A stretch of 64,000 nucleotides of DNA from Octopus sinensis (taxonomy: Eukaryota): assembly GCF_006345805.1 (NCBI RefSeq), contig NC_043013.1, forward strand, positions 44,950,001 to 45,014,000, given 5' to 3'. Positions 39,841 through 51,916 of the stretch are shown piece by piece. The translations under genes and the position numbers were made by a program. Every line of letters starts with the position of its first letter. Position 1 is the first letter of the stretch. The notes under the pieces are model-generated. The model worked only from the letters and a program-made list of their open reading frames with translations. It was not told where the DNA came from and did not search any database.

Positions 39841-42415
39841 GTATGCAGAGCAGGTTCATCCCTTTCTGCATAACAACAACAGTATTACTCTTTCTAATTT
39901 TGGCACAAGGCCTGTAGATTAGAGTAGAGGGGGCAAGTTGATTATACTAATCCCAGTAGCTGACTTGTATTTATTTTATTGACCCTGAAAGGATGAAAGA
40001 AACAGCCAGCCTCAGAGGAATTTGAACTCAAAATGTAAATAATTGGAATAAATGCCACTTTTTTGTGCCATAGTATTGCTTTCAAGTTTGGGTAAAAGGC
40101 CAGCAATTTCAGGGGAGGGGTTAATGGATTACATTGACCCCAGTACTCAGCTGGTACTTATTTTATTGACCCTGAAAGAATAAATAGCAAAGCTAACTTT
40201 GGTGGAATTTGAACTCAGAACATAAAGATTGACAAAATGATACTAAGCATGCTAATGATTCTACCAGCACACTTGTCGTAATATTGATTTCAAATCTTGG
40301 CAGAAGGTCAGCGATTTCAGCTTGGGATTTAGTCAATTACATCGACCCCCATTGCTCAACTGGTACTTATTTCATTGACCCCGAAAGGATGAACAGCAAA
40401 AATTGACCATGATGGAATTTGAATTCAGAACATAAAGACAGATGAAATACTGCTAAGAATTTTGCCTGGTATGCTAACGAGTCTGCCAATTTGTTACTTC
40501 ACCACTTGCCATAATATTAATAAACATTTCTAACATAGGCACAAACCCAGAAATTTGTGACAGGAATAAAAATCAAATGGAAATTGGAGTTGTGATCCCC
40601 ATGCTGGTGGCATGTAAAAATCCCCATCCGAACATGGATGATGCCAGCGCTGCCGTGACTGGCGTCCATGCTGGTGGTACGTAAAAAGCACTAACTGATC
40701 ATGGACGTTGCCAGCCTCCTCTGGCCCCTATGCTGGTGGCATGTAAAAAGCACCCACTACACTCACGGAGTGGTTGGCATTAGGAAGGGCATCCAGCTGT
40801 AGAAACACTGCCAGATCAGACTGGAGCCTGGTGAAGCCTCCAGGCTTCCCAGACCCCGGTCGGACCGTCCAACTCATGCTAGTATGGAAAACGGACGTTA
40901 AGCGATGATGATGATGATGGTGATGAAGGTGACAGCCAATGAAATTACCTCCAGTACCTGACTGACACTTTGTTTTATTGATCCCAAAAGGATAAAAGGT
41001 GAAGCTGATATCAATGGGATTTGGAATTCAGTAATAAACCAGAACAAATACCACAAGGTATTTTGTCCAAAACTAAAGACTCTACCGGTCCACTAAGCTA
41101 AAGTAATATCACATTCCCATGCTGGGAATTGAACCTGGGCCACTTTGGAGAAAACCTGAAGTTGTCACAAATGGAATGTTTTTGTCATTGATTTGTTTAA
41201 TCAGGACAGACCTAGGATTAAACAACAACTCATACAATTTTTAATGAAATTGGTGAAATCATCATCATTCATCATCATCACTGTTTAACGTCCGCTTTCC
41301 ATGCTAGCATGGGTTGGACGATTTGTCTGAGGTCTGGTGAACCAGATGGCTGCACCAGGTTCCAATCTGATCTGATAGAGTTTCTACAGCTGGATGCCCT
41401 TCGTAACACCAACTACTTCAAGAGTGTAGTGGGTGCTTTTCATACCGCCGGCACAAGGGCCAGTCAGGCGGTACTGGCAACAGCCACGCTCAAATGGTGC
41501 TTTTTATGTGCCACTTGCACAGTAGCCAGTCCAGTGGCACTGGCAACGACTTTGCTCAGATGTTTTTTCATGTGCCACCAGCACAAGTGTTAGTAGGCGA
41601 CACAGGTAACAATCACGCTCGAATGGTATTTTTAACATGCCATTGGCTCGGAGGCCAGCTTGTTGCTCTGGCCCCGATCTCACTCGTATGGTTCTCTTAG
41701 CGTTCCACTAGCACGGGTGCCAGTCATTGAATTTGATTTCGACTTCACTTGCCTCAATAAGTCTTCGCAAACAGAGTTTAGTGTCCAATGAAGGAAAGGC
41801 ACGCATAAATGGACAACAACAGCAGGATGTGAACACAGATCATAATGGAACCTTATAGCCTTGGTCTAACCAAAGCCTTGTGAGTGGATTTGGTAGACGG
41901 AAACTGAAAAAAGCCTGTTGTATATACATATATATATGTGTGTGTTTCTTTGTGTCTGTGTTTAACTCTCATCACTGCTTGATAACCAGTGTTGGTGTGA
42001 TTACGTTCCCTTAGCTTGGGGGTTCAGCAAAAGAGAGACCAATAGAATAAGCACCAGGCTTAAAAAAGTGAAAAGTAAGTACCAGGGTTGATTCATTCAC
42101 CTAAACCTCTTCAAGGTGATGCCCCAGCATGGCCAGAGTCAGATGACTGAAACACTTAAAAGCTAAAACATAACAGATTCATGATTTGGTTTTTGCAAGT
42201 TTAGAATTATTTTTTTTTAATTTATATTCTTTTTTTTTCAATTCAAAATCAATTCTCTTTCAGAGAGAACAAAATCAAGTTTTTATAATTTTTCTTCTTC
42301 AAATATAGTTATTTAAATGTAAATAATCCACACATAGCACCCACTAAAACATGTAGTACTACACATAAAAAAGTACAATCACAATAAATCCTGTCTCTTG
42401 AATATATTTAACAAA

Positions 42416-42990
42416 TATTGGGTTGTCTGGAAAGTTTGTGCTAATTTACAGTAGCTTACCTTTCGACTTATTTTAGAACAAGGTTGAGTCCATAAAATAG
42501 GATTTGACTACACCTCCATTTAGATCACAGTTTCAGCTATCTTTTCGTGGAAGAAGGTTTATGTTCATATAACCTGTGTTAATTCTGTAACCCTTTAAAA
42601 TGGAAGATAAGAAAGTTCATTTTCAGCACTTGATGCTTTGGGAACCAGACAAAAATTGCTGCAGCTCGGTTGGAATGTGTTACCCCACCCTCCATATTCA
42701 CCAGATATTGCTCCTTCGGATTTCCACTTATTCAGGTCTCTGCAGAATAGTCTTAATAGTAAAAATTTCAATTCCTTGGATGACGTAAAAAGATACCTTG
42801 ATGAATTCTTTGCCATGAAACCACCTCAATTCTGGGAAGAGGGTGTTTTCAAGTTAAAGGAAAGATGGAGACGCATTGTGCAACGAAATGGTTCATATTT
42901 GGTTGATTAAAAATGTAATGGCAAGTATTTATTGATCTTTTTCTGTCCTTTAAAAATCGGCACGAACTTTCCGGACAACACAACCCAATA
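42416..42990 (+). mobile_element. Internally deleted mariner element, copy 1
   Basis: TIRs tattgggttgtc(c/t)ggaaag...ctttccggacaac..ccaata. N-terminal MEDKKVHF is joined to the C-terminal LPHPPYSPDIAPSDFHLFRSL...ERW. Confidence 0.92.
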
Positions 42991-43266
42991 CAATCAATGA
43001 GATAACAGTCCCATTCCACACAGTACCATTTATATATATGTATATATTTTTTTTCTGTGTCCCTTTCTGTAGAAGAGCATAGGCTCGAAACGTAAAAGAC
43101 ATTTTCTATTCCTGAGCGTTATACTAATCTGTTTGTTTTGTACACCACCTGTCTTCGTCTTTTGTTTTTTTCTTAAACTCTCCCTATATATATATATATA
43201 TATATATATACGTTTATGAATATGAGTTGCAAGATTCCGGATGTGAAACTGTATTGAAACAGATAT

Positions 43267-43579
43267 TGTTATATTTCAGGATGGTAATTTTTTGTTTTTT
43301 GTTTTAGCCAAATAAACACATGCACTCTATATTTGATCCCCACTAATTTATCACGGTTATTATTTTATTTTATTTTGTCCATTGTCCAGAAATCTTTCGT
43401 CACATATCTGCGGTCTCTTCAGCAACCCCAAAGAGGTCACAGATGTGTGACGAAAGACTTCTGGACAATGGACAAAATAAGATAAAATAAGAACAGTAAT
43501 ATACGAGTGAAGAACAAATATATAGGGCATGTGTTTATTTGGCAAAAACAAAAAAGAAGGAGCATCCTGAAATATAACA
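43267..43579. repeat. Imperfect inverted repeat with arms of about 150 bp (Penelope-like end sequence)
   Basis: Core tgtccattgtccagaaatctttcgtcaca / tgtgacgaaagacttctggacaatggaca. Confidence 0.85.
43534..43539 (-). terminator. Candidate COQ7 polyadenylation signal AATAAA
   Basis: First canonical AATAAA I found on the minus strand after the stop codon, about 1.05 kb downstream. A non-canonical ATTAAA lies at 44073-44068. Confidence 0.35.
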
Positions 43580-43600
43580 ACATATATATACATATACATA

Positions 43601-43767
43601 CTTATAAACAAGGGCAAAAGAAAATTATTTCTATGCCAATATGCTGATAACAGACTTTTAAATCGTCAATTTCCACATATTATTATACCCAGTGGAAATT
43701 GATGATTTAAAAGTCTGTTATCAGCATATTGGCATAGAAATAATTTTCTTTTGCTCTTGTTTATAAG
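43601..43767. repeat. Inverted repeat: 76-bp arms, 15-nt loop, about 2 mismatches
   Basis: Arms 43601-43676 and 43692-43767. Confidence 0.95.
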
Positions 43768-43867
43768 TTGTTTATAATTTTAACCTTTAAAGGTATTTCA
43801 ATATGCTGCCACATTTTTTGACGAAATTTTTTTCTGTAAAAAAACTTCATCCTATATTAGTATACAT

Positions 43868-43908
<41 letters not shown>

Positions 43909-43985
43909 TATAGGGTGGCGAATACTCGTTATAAATATCACCACCAGTGGCCCAGCATGTATAAGAAGTCAATAGACAACATATT

Positions 43986-44217
43986 CATATTTCAAAATAG
44001 AAAATTACCCTTTAACAGGTAATTCTTACATGCTAGAAATGGCAGCCAACACGGCCAAAAACCACAATTTAATAGCAAATTTCGAAGTAGATGAAAAATA
44101 AAAACCTTTCATCTACTTCGAAATTTGCTATTAAATTGTGGTTTTTGGTCGTGTTGGCTGCTATTTCTAGCATGTAAAAATTACCTGTTAAAGGGTAATT
44201 TTCTATTTTGAAATATG
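43986..44217. repeat. Inverted repeat: 111-bp arms, 10-nt loop, about 3 mismatches
   Basis: Arms 43986-44096 and 44107-44217 compared by eye. Confidence 0.95.
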
Positions 44218-44584
44218 TATGTATATATATATATATATACATACACACACACATATCATCTGTAACCTGAGAGAAAGCTTGCAAAATTTGTTTCCATTAA
44301 TGACCAAGATGTCACAGACAGGATCTGGCAGGTGTATCCCATTCTGTATTCTAAGCCTAACAACCTACAGCAAATCATAGGATATCGGCAAAAAGTTGAC
44401 TTTCTGGCAAAAGTGAAACGCACACAATCAGTAGATTGAGTGCTTAGAAGTGGAAGGAGGAGGAAGAGGAGGAGCTAAGATAATGGAGATAGATAAGAGA
44501 AAGGAAGAGAAAGGGCAAAGAATAGGAAATGAGGCAATGGAGATAGCTAAGATAGGAGATGAGGAGAGAGAGGAAGATGTGACA

Positions 44585-44662
44585 TTATATTCGTTCCGAT
44601 AGCCATATTGCTCCTTTGCAACCAACTTTTATCACTTCAGTCAATGTTTTATAGAAAGGTGC
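44585..44662 (-). CDS. COQ7: COQ7 last coding exon (APFYKTLTEVIKVGCKGAIWLSERI*)
   Basis: Polypyrimidine ctctctatttcag|GCA acceptor, TAA stop at 44587-44585. Matches the COQ7 C-terminus APAY--L---I--GC--AI-LSER. Confidence 0.96.
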   Translation of the reverse strand, partial: APFYKTLTEVIKVGCKGAIWLSERI

Positions 44663-44744
44663 CTGAAATAGAGAGAAAAGGAATCTGAGATAAGTAAATA
44701 CAGGTTCCCAATGCAGCATGTATAAACACAATACTTAATATACT

Positions 44745-45117
44745 CTTTTACTCTTTTACTTGTTTCAGTCATTTGACTGCGGCCATGCTGGAGCACCGCC
44801 TTTAGTCGAGCAACTCGACCCCGGGACTTATTCTTTTTGTAAGCCCAGTACTTATTCTATCGGGTAACGGGGACATAAACACACCAGCATCGGTTGTCAA
44901 GCAATGCTAGGGGGACAAACACAGACACACACATGCATATATATACATATATATGACGGGCTTCTTTCAGTTTCCGTCTACCGAATCCACTCACAAGGCT
45001 TTGGTCGGCCCGAGGCTATAGTAGAAGACACTTGCCCAAGGTGCCATGCAGTGGAACTGAACCTGGAACCATGTGGTTGGTAAACAAGCTACTTACCACA
45101 CAACCACCCCTGCGCCT
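44745..45117 (-). mobile_element. SINE family B copy in the last COQ7 intron
   Basis: Near full length; closely similar to the copy at 26515-26905. Confidence 0.85.
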
Positions 45118-46076
45118 ATCTACGTATCTCAATTTGCTCTGTAATGCTGTAGAATATCTATATAAGACTCTAGCTCATGATTGTGATTAACAAACCAGCA
45201 ACCAAGGATGAAATAGTTACACTGTCTTTTGAGTACTTGGGACAGCAGAAAAAAAAAACTGACAGAAATATTAAAGAGGAGTCCCATAGACAGTTTATGA
45301 TTTAACTTTTGCTTTTTTCAGTCATTAAACTATGGCCATGCTGGGGCACCACTTTGAAGAATTTTTTTGTTAGTTGAATGAATCAACCCAGTACTTATTT
45401 TTTTGTTAAAGCCTGGTACTTATTCTATTGATCTCTTTTGCTGAATTGCTAGGTAATGGGGATGTAAACACACCAACACTGGTTGTCGAGTGGTGCTGGG
45501 GACAAACACAGACACAAAAACACACATGTAGATATAGATATACAATGGGCTTCTTTCAGTTTCCATCTATCAAATCCACTCACAAGGCTTTGATTGGCCT
45601 AAGGCTATAGTAGAAGACACCTGCCCAAGGTGTCACACAGTGGGACTGAACCCAGAGCCATATGGTGGGGAAGCAAGCTTCTTACTACACAGCCATGCCT
45701 GCACCAAGTTTCTTGACAAATTCTGCCAAGTTTCCAACAACTCTGGCCAGTCTGTTCCCAACCACCCTACACATATCTAGACAGTGGATCCAGATGAATT
45801 GGAGTGAGAAAGCGTGGATGATGCTGTACAAGTTCAGACTACTAAAAATTAGTTAATACCCAAACTTGCCATGATCATCAAACCAAAATGAAGACTAAAG
45901 GATAAGAATTCTCCCCAGATGGCCATCACTGCCAAAGTAAAATCAAGAGACATTGCTGACACCCTTGTAAATGATCTCAACATTAAAAAAGGAAAATGAG
46001 AAAAAGAGAAATTTAATCCATCAATTGCCAATAAAGTATGGACACAACAGTTTTTAAGATGAGAGAACAAACTTAC

Positions 46077-46145
46077 TTGCTCAGCATCATGTTCAAGCCC
46101 GGTTTCATAATGGTGTAATTCATCATCACGAAATTTCTTTATTAT
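46077..46145 (-). CDS. COQ7: COQ7 coding exon 5 (IIKKFRDDELHHYETGLEHDAEQ)
   Basis: tttatag|ATA acceptor, CAA|gtaagt donor, 69 nt. Contains the second ExxH motif (ELHH). Confidence 0.96.
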
Positions 46146-46187
46146 CTATAAAGATACATAACAAAAAAACAATAATTAATTAATACA

Positions 46188-46221
<34 letters not shown>

Positions 46222-48399
46222 CATATACAGAAGATGCATGCAAAAACACGCAGTTGATGCTGTCGAAATTCCAATGAAGGAGATTTGGATCTGGGTTAGA
46301 AACTGGCTCTTTCTCTATTGGCAAGAAATCTTGAAATAAAACCTAATACATACATATATGCATATTATTATTATTATTAGGGTAGTGAGCTGGCAAAATG
46401 CATAGTGGTATTTCGTCTGCCGCAACATTCTTCTGAGGTCGACTTTGCCTTTCAAACTTTCAGGTTCAATAAATTAAATACCAGTTGAGTACTGGGGTTG
46501 ATGTAATCAACTATCCCCCTCCTCCCAATTTCAGGCCTTGTGCCTATAGTACAAAGGATTATTATTATTATTATTATTATTAAAGCGGTGAGCTGGCAGA
46601 ATCATTAGCATGCCGGACAAAATGCTTAGCAGTATTTCACCCATCACTACATTCTGAGTTCAAATTCCACCTAGGTTGACTTTGCTTTTCATCCTTTTAG
46701 GGTCGATAAATTAAGTACCAGTGAAACACTGGAGTCGATGTTATCGACTAGTCACCTCCCACCAAATTTTAGGCCTTGTGCCTATAGCAGAAAGATTATT
46801 ATTATCATTGAGAGAGCAGTGCATGCCATCAAAGTGACACTGGGGTAAGATATATGAAACCCAGTATACCCATCAGAACTATCCATCTGATAAGAGTACA
46901 CCAGGCACATGCATCACAACCATATGTGCACGACATGGTGATCTCATATCAAGATAAACAGCATATGACCTTGCAGGTGGGGCCCAGTTAGAATTTTCTT
47001 CAGTAGCCCATCCTGCTCAAAATGTCCCTGAATAATTGAATGAAAGACCCATTTCCAGAGGTGAATTATTCAAACCCCAAAGAATCCCTCTCAACATGTG
47101 GCTATGATGCTCCCCCACTACTTCTGCTCGTGATCAGAGATGCACATATCATCAGCCACTAAGGGACATGCTCAACTGGTTACGGTCAAACAACTGACAA
47201 GCAAATCTGTGGTATTGAGCAGAATATTTGCTGTAGCCCATCTTTTATACCAAGACAAAACAATGTGCATGATAACACTTCCAATCAGTTAAGATCAGTA
47301 GCCATGAAAGCCACAGCCTGGTACTGCATCAGGGCATATTATTATTAATATTACTATTAAGGCAGTGAGCTGACAGAATAGTGAGTACACCGAGAAAAAA
47401 TGCTTTGTGGCATTTCATCCATCTTCACATTCTGAGTTCACATGCAGCCAGGGTTGACTTCGCCTGTTGTCTTTTTTGGTCGATAAAATAAGTACCAATC
47501 AAACATTGGGGCCAATGTAATTGACTAACCCGCCTCACTCAAAATTTCAGGCCTTGTGCCTATAATACAAAAAGATTATTATTATTGAAGACAGTTTGAT
47601 TGGCTCCATGCAATTGAAAGTTTCACAGGCTTCTAATAGAAACCTGGTTTGTTCAGGCGAGCTTGATGATCTGATCTTGCAGGCTGGATTCGGTTTCAAA
47701 CATGGGTATTTTATAATGTTTTTATATCAGATCTCGGGATATATGTGAAAGTGGGACATTATAGAGGGGCTGTATATATTCATATAAAAAATTGGAATTT
47801 TAAAAAAATGATTTAAAAATAAAAAATTTTAAAAAAGAAAAAAAATTAAAAAACGATTATCAAAAAAAGGGTTTTACAACTTACTTGCATACAAACATAT
47901 ACTTTTATGTATATAATAAAAATAATTATAATAATAATAATGATGATTTCAAATTCTGACCCAAGGCCAGCAATTTTAGAGGAGGGGGTAAATCATTTAC
48001 ATTGATCCTAGTATTCATTTTATCAACCTCGAAAAGATGAAAGGCAAAGTCGACCTCAGTGGAGTTTGAACTCAGAATGTAGTGACGGGCAAAATACCGC
48101 TAAGTATTCTGTCCAGCATGTTAATGATTCTGCCAGCTCGCCACCTTAATAATAATATTAATAACAACAACAACAAGAGTACTCAGAGAGCGTCAACCTC
48201 TGCCAAGGCAACGCCAATATCCTCTAAATGATTAGCTGGAGATGATTTTTAAAATGAGAATATCTGAAATAAACTCGACTGCTCTCACAAATGAGAATAC
48301 TAAAAATGAACCTGACCGCTCTCAAAAATTAAGCAAAAAAACCCCCAAAAATAATCCAGAATCTTTGTTCGGTACCTGATCGATCCCAATGATAGTCAT

Positions 48400-48640
48400 G
48401 GAATATGAAAATGGGAGTGCAGGCCATGTTTGTAATGCTGTTAGTGTGTCATCTGCCATGGGAACAGAGACAGTTTTCTCTATGAAGGCCTTTTTTAATC
48501 TATCCATGGTTATAGTATCTTTAAGATCATAAAGGTCTATAGTGAAAAATTTATCCATGCGCGAAAGAAAACGGAAAGGACCAGCATACGGTGCTGTTAA
48601 CGGAGGTTTAACAACATCGTTGTGCACAAAAACGGGAATC
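48400..48640 (-). mobile_element. Ty3/Gypsy integrase C-terminal remnant in a COQ7 intron
   Basis: VHNDVVKPPLTAPYAGPFRFLSR.DKFFTID...DTITMDRLKKAF matches the Gypsy GPY/F-type integrase tail. Confidence 0.8.
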
Positions 48641-49444
48641 CAAGAAGTAAAGCTGCCTTTAAGGGAGAGCTAGAAATGCAATTGTCAAGAAGGTAAGAGG
48701 TTTTAAACAGAAGCAATATATTAAAAATTATTAAAACTAAAAATTGTCGCCGATAAATTAAATTTATTATCATTACTAGATATGTTAGTGTTATTTAATT
48801 TCTGAACGGTTTTGCTGCCGTTTATGTAGTTTGATTTCTTTATCCATCAGTTTCTACTAAGATAGAGACATAAGTAAAATTAATAAAAGAGAAACAAAAA
48901 TAAAACTTTGGAAACAGCAACGCCACCATAACTTACGCGGAAACCATGAGTGTGATTTCAAGGGAGATAATCAGAGAAAGACTTGAAAGTCAACATAAGA
49001 TTGTAATACTTCATGTAAAGTAAAGTAAATATAACAAATAATCCAGAATCCTTGTGTGGTACCGGATCAAACACAAAATCTAATCAGTTCATGCCAGTAT
49101 GAGGTCAAACATCTTTGAAAGTTTCATCTGAATCCATCCAGCAGTTCTTGAGATATCTTGTCCATGGACAAACAAACAAACAAACATGACTGAAAACAAT
49201 ACCTCCACCTTAGTGAAGGCAGAGGTAACAACAACAGCAGCAGCAGCAGTAATAATAATACTAATAAACCAATTTTATAAGTGCAGCTGCTGCATTGGAT
49301 GTTTCTCTTTGAGATCCTGTAGCTGACAACTTTAATGTTCCAATATAATTTATGGAAAAAAGAAAACAAAAACGAAGACACATTGGAAAATAGATTTTAA
49401 AACAAGAAAAATATGGAAGAAATAGAGAAGAAAACTACACAGAC

Positions 49445-49499
49445 CTTCAAAAGTTCTTCATGTTTTACTGGATCATCTTCAACTAAATCCCGAATTTGG
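49445..49499 (-). CDS. COQ7: COQ7 coding exon 4 (A-QIRDLVEDDPVKHEELLK)
   Basis: ctttttcaacag|C acceptor, AAG|gtctgt donor, 55 nt. Phase fits both neighbours; homologous to QIRTLMEEDPEKYEELLQ. Confidence 0.93.
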
Positions 49500-50099
49500 C
49501 TGTTGAAAAAGGAAAATGGGAGAGAGGTATTTTGAATGTGTGTTCTACTATACTGATCTACAATACAAGTGGGATTAGGGGATTTCGCTATTTATGCATG
49601 GTGCTCCTCATATTTTCCTTTCTTCCTTTCTCTGTTTCACCCACTCACCTCCTTTCATCATAAAAATTTATCTGAGAACAAATGAAAGACAAGCAGAAAA
49701 AGGTATTTCTTTTTTCTTCTTTTAATTGAAAGTCTCAAACAAGACGGAAAGACACGCAGTGTAAAGGAGTACGAAGAAGGCAAAATTGAGATGAAAGGAA
49801 TGAATTTACTTGAAATAGTTCAGGTCATAAGAAGTGGGAAAATAATGAGATCAAAGAGAGTTTCAAAGTCTGGCAGTTCGAGGAAAAAAAGCTAGAATGA
49901 TAGAAAGACTTCCTTTATTCATGGGAGCACAATAGCATTTGGATGAAGACGAGGTGGCACAAAGTGATCTAGAACTAAGGGAGAGAGTTCATCAGAGCAC
50001 TTTTTGTGGTGATAACAATAAAAAATACTGAAACTAGTGACATCATGTTGCTGTGACAAGGTTTGCAGTTGAGGCAAGAGAGAGGCCAATCAAATTAGA

Positions 50100-50745
50100 G
50101 ACTCACTTCTGAACCCTATCAAGGAGGTCCAAGTGACAGATGGTGCATCTGCCCAAATATGAGAACAGTATTCCATACAAGAAAAAATTGTGTACTTGTA
50201 AAAATACAACATGCCTCAGATTTGAGGCATGCCTTTGACCTATACCAGCACCACCTGATGGGAAGCAGATCTACAAATTGACTGTATGTAGGAACACCAA
50301 GAAAGATCAGGTGAGAAATTAAGACTAAGGAATTTCAAATAAGACCTTTCCCCAAGTGTTTTGACTGTCTCACAACGTGACACATCAGACCTATAATTCA
50401 TGCAAATAGGAGGAAGATAAGGATCCCATTTCATACTGAAAGTCATGAGTTTGGTCTTACCAAGGCTGAAAGTTGCTAGCCACTTCTCACCCCATTTCTT
50501 CGCAGCTGTAGATCCACTGCAAGATTAGCAGCAAATTCCAACTTTTTCAAGGGAGAGGGATTGCCAGAGAAACCAGAATAAAGAGTAGTGTCATCAGCAT
50601 AAACATTGATGAAGTGAAGAACCCTGGCAGGAAGATTGCTGATGTAGAGGAGAATAGAGGTGGACCAAGAATAGAGCCTTGAGAAACACCTAGATTGATA
50701 GAATACTAAGAAGCAGTAACACCTTCCAGAGTCGCATGCACACAA
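50100..50745 (-). mobile_element. Decayed CR1/L2-like LINE RT fragment in a COQ7 intron
   Basis: LYISNLP...VYADDTTLY (YADD catalytic motif at about 50589-50602). Confidence 0.75.
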
Positions 50746-50799
50746 TGATCAGAGAGGAGGGATCTGATAATGTCAATTTCTTCTCTAATTCTACTCTAG

Positions 50800-51330
50800 A
50801 TCATCAGTATATGCACATTATCATGATCAACAGTCTTAAACTGCTCTGTGATAGCTTGTAAGATTATGATGAATAGGAGGAATTTGAGAACTGAGCCTTG
50901 ATAGACCCTTGGCTCCAAGCTCAATTTGTCGAACCTATGTACATAGCTTGTACACCTCTCACAAGCCAATAATCTACATCTAGTTTCTGTAGTGATCACC
51001 TGATTACAGAATGCAGTACTCTGTCAAAGATCCTCTCCTAGTCAATGAATACCAGGGATAGTGATCTGCTCTTTGCTAAGTACCTCTCCTGAAATTGTCT
51101 CATAAGTAAGATTGTACCCCTCCCAGACATAAAGTTGAACAGCATTTCATCATAGCTAACTCTATTCTTGATCAAGTGTGCAGTGATCCTGTCTGTGATT
51201 GTTGTGGTCCAACAATTTGATGTCCCTATAAATCCCTCTTTTCAAAGCATTCCCTTTGCACTTTTACAGGTTTACAATGATATTGCTTTGTCAGTCACTG
51301 AGTACGACACCTTCTGGTATTACTCGATCA
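50800..51330 (-). mobile_element. Decayed RTE reverse-transcriptase fragment in a COQ7 intron
   Basis: KGDALKRGIYRDIKLLD... and VYQGSVLKFLLFIIILQAIT motifs. Confidence 0.75.
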
Positions 51331-51359
51331 ACTAACACGTATCAGTGTTCATTGCAATG

Positions 51360-51760
51360 GATCATCATCATCATCATCATCGTTTAACGTCCGCTTTCCA
51401 TGCTAGCATGGGTTGGATGGTTCAACTGGGGTCTGGGAAGCCAGATGGCTGCACCAGGCCCAGTCTGATCTGGCAGTGTTTCTACAGCTGGATGCTCTTC
51501 CAAACACTAACCACTCCGTGAGTGTAGTGGGTGCTTTTTACGTGCCAGATGGGGCTGGCAAACGGCCACAATTGGATGGTGCTTTTTACGTGCCACCGGA
51601 ACAGGGGCCAGACGGGGCTGGCAAACGGCCACAATCGGATGGTGCTTTTTACATGCCACCGGCATGGAGGCCAGTCAGGGCAGCACTGGTTACGGCCACA
51701 TTCGGATGGTTGTCTTACGTGCCACCGGCACTGGTATCACAACTACAATTCCACTGATGT
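51360..51760 (-). mobile_element. RTE-type 3' tail element with internal ggtgctttttacgtgccacc repeats and (ATG)n tail
   Basis: Same family at about 2700-2872, 14575-14760, 32600-33240, 35020-35160, 40580-40920 and 41270-41700. Confidence 0.7.
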
Positions 51761-51831
51761 TGACAAAATTAAGAAAAACAGGAACTTCTCAATATTAACA
51801 GACAAGTCACATGATATGGTTTAATACTTAC

Positions 51832-51916
51832 GCATTATAATGATGACCAATTACATCTTCAACTGCCACAGTACAAGCCATAGCTGCTTCTTTCCCCATC
51901 AGGGCTGTGCCAGCAC
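51832..51916 (-). CDS. COQ7: COQ7 coding exon 3 ([28 protein letters not shown])
   Basis: gttag|GT acceptor, GC|gtaagt donor, 85 nt, phase 1 in and phase 2 out. Near-identical to the conserved [20 protein letters not shown] segment. Confidence 0.96.

Noticed and set aside
41440-41700. Repeat-spacer pattern (ggtgcttttt..gtgccac) here and at 51520-51720, superficially CRISPR-like
   Set aside because: Repeats are degenerate, spacers resemble each other, the array is part of a dispersed retroelement tail, the DNA is eukaryotic, and there are no cas genes.
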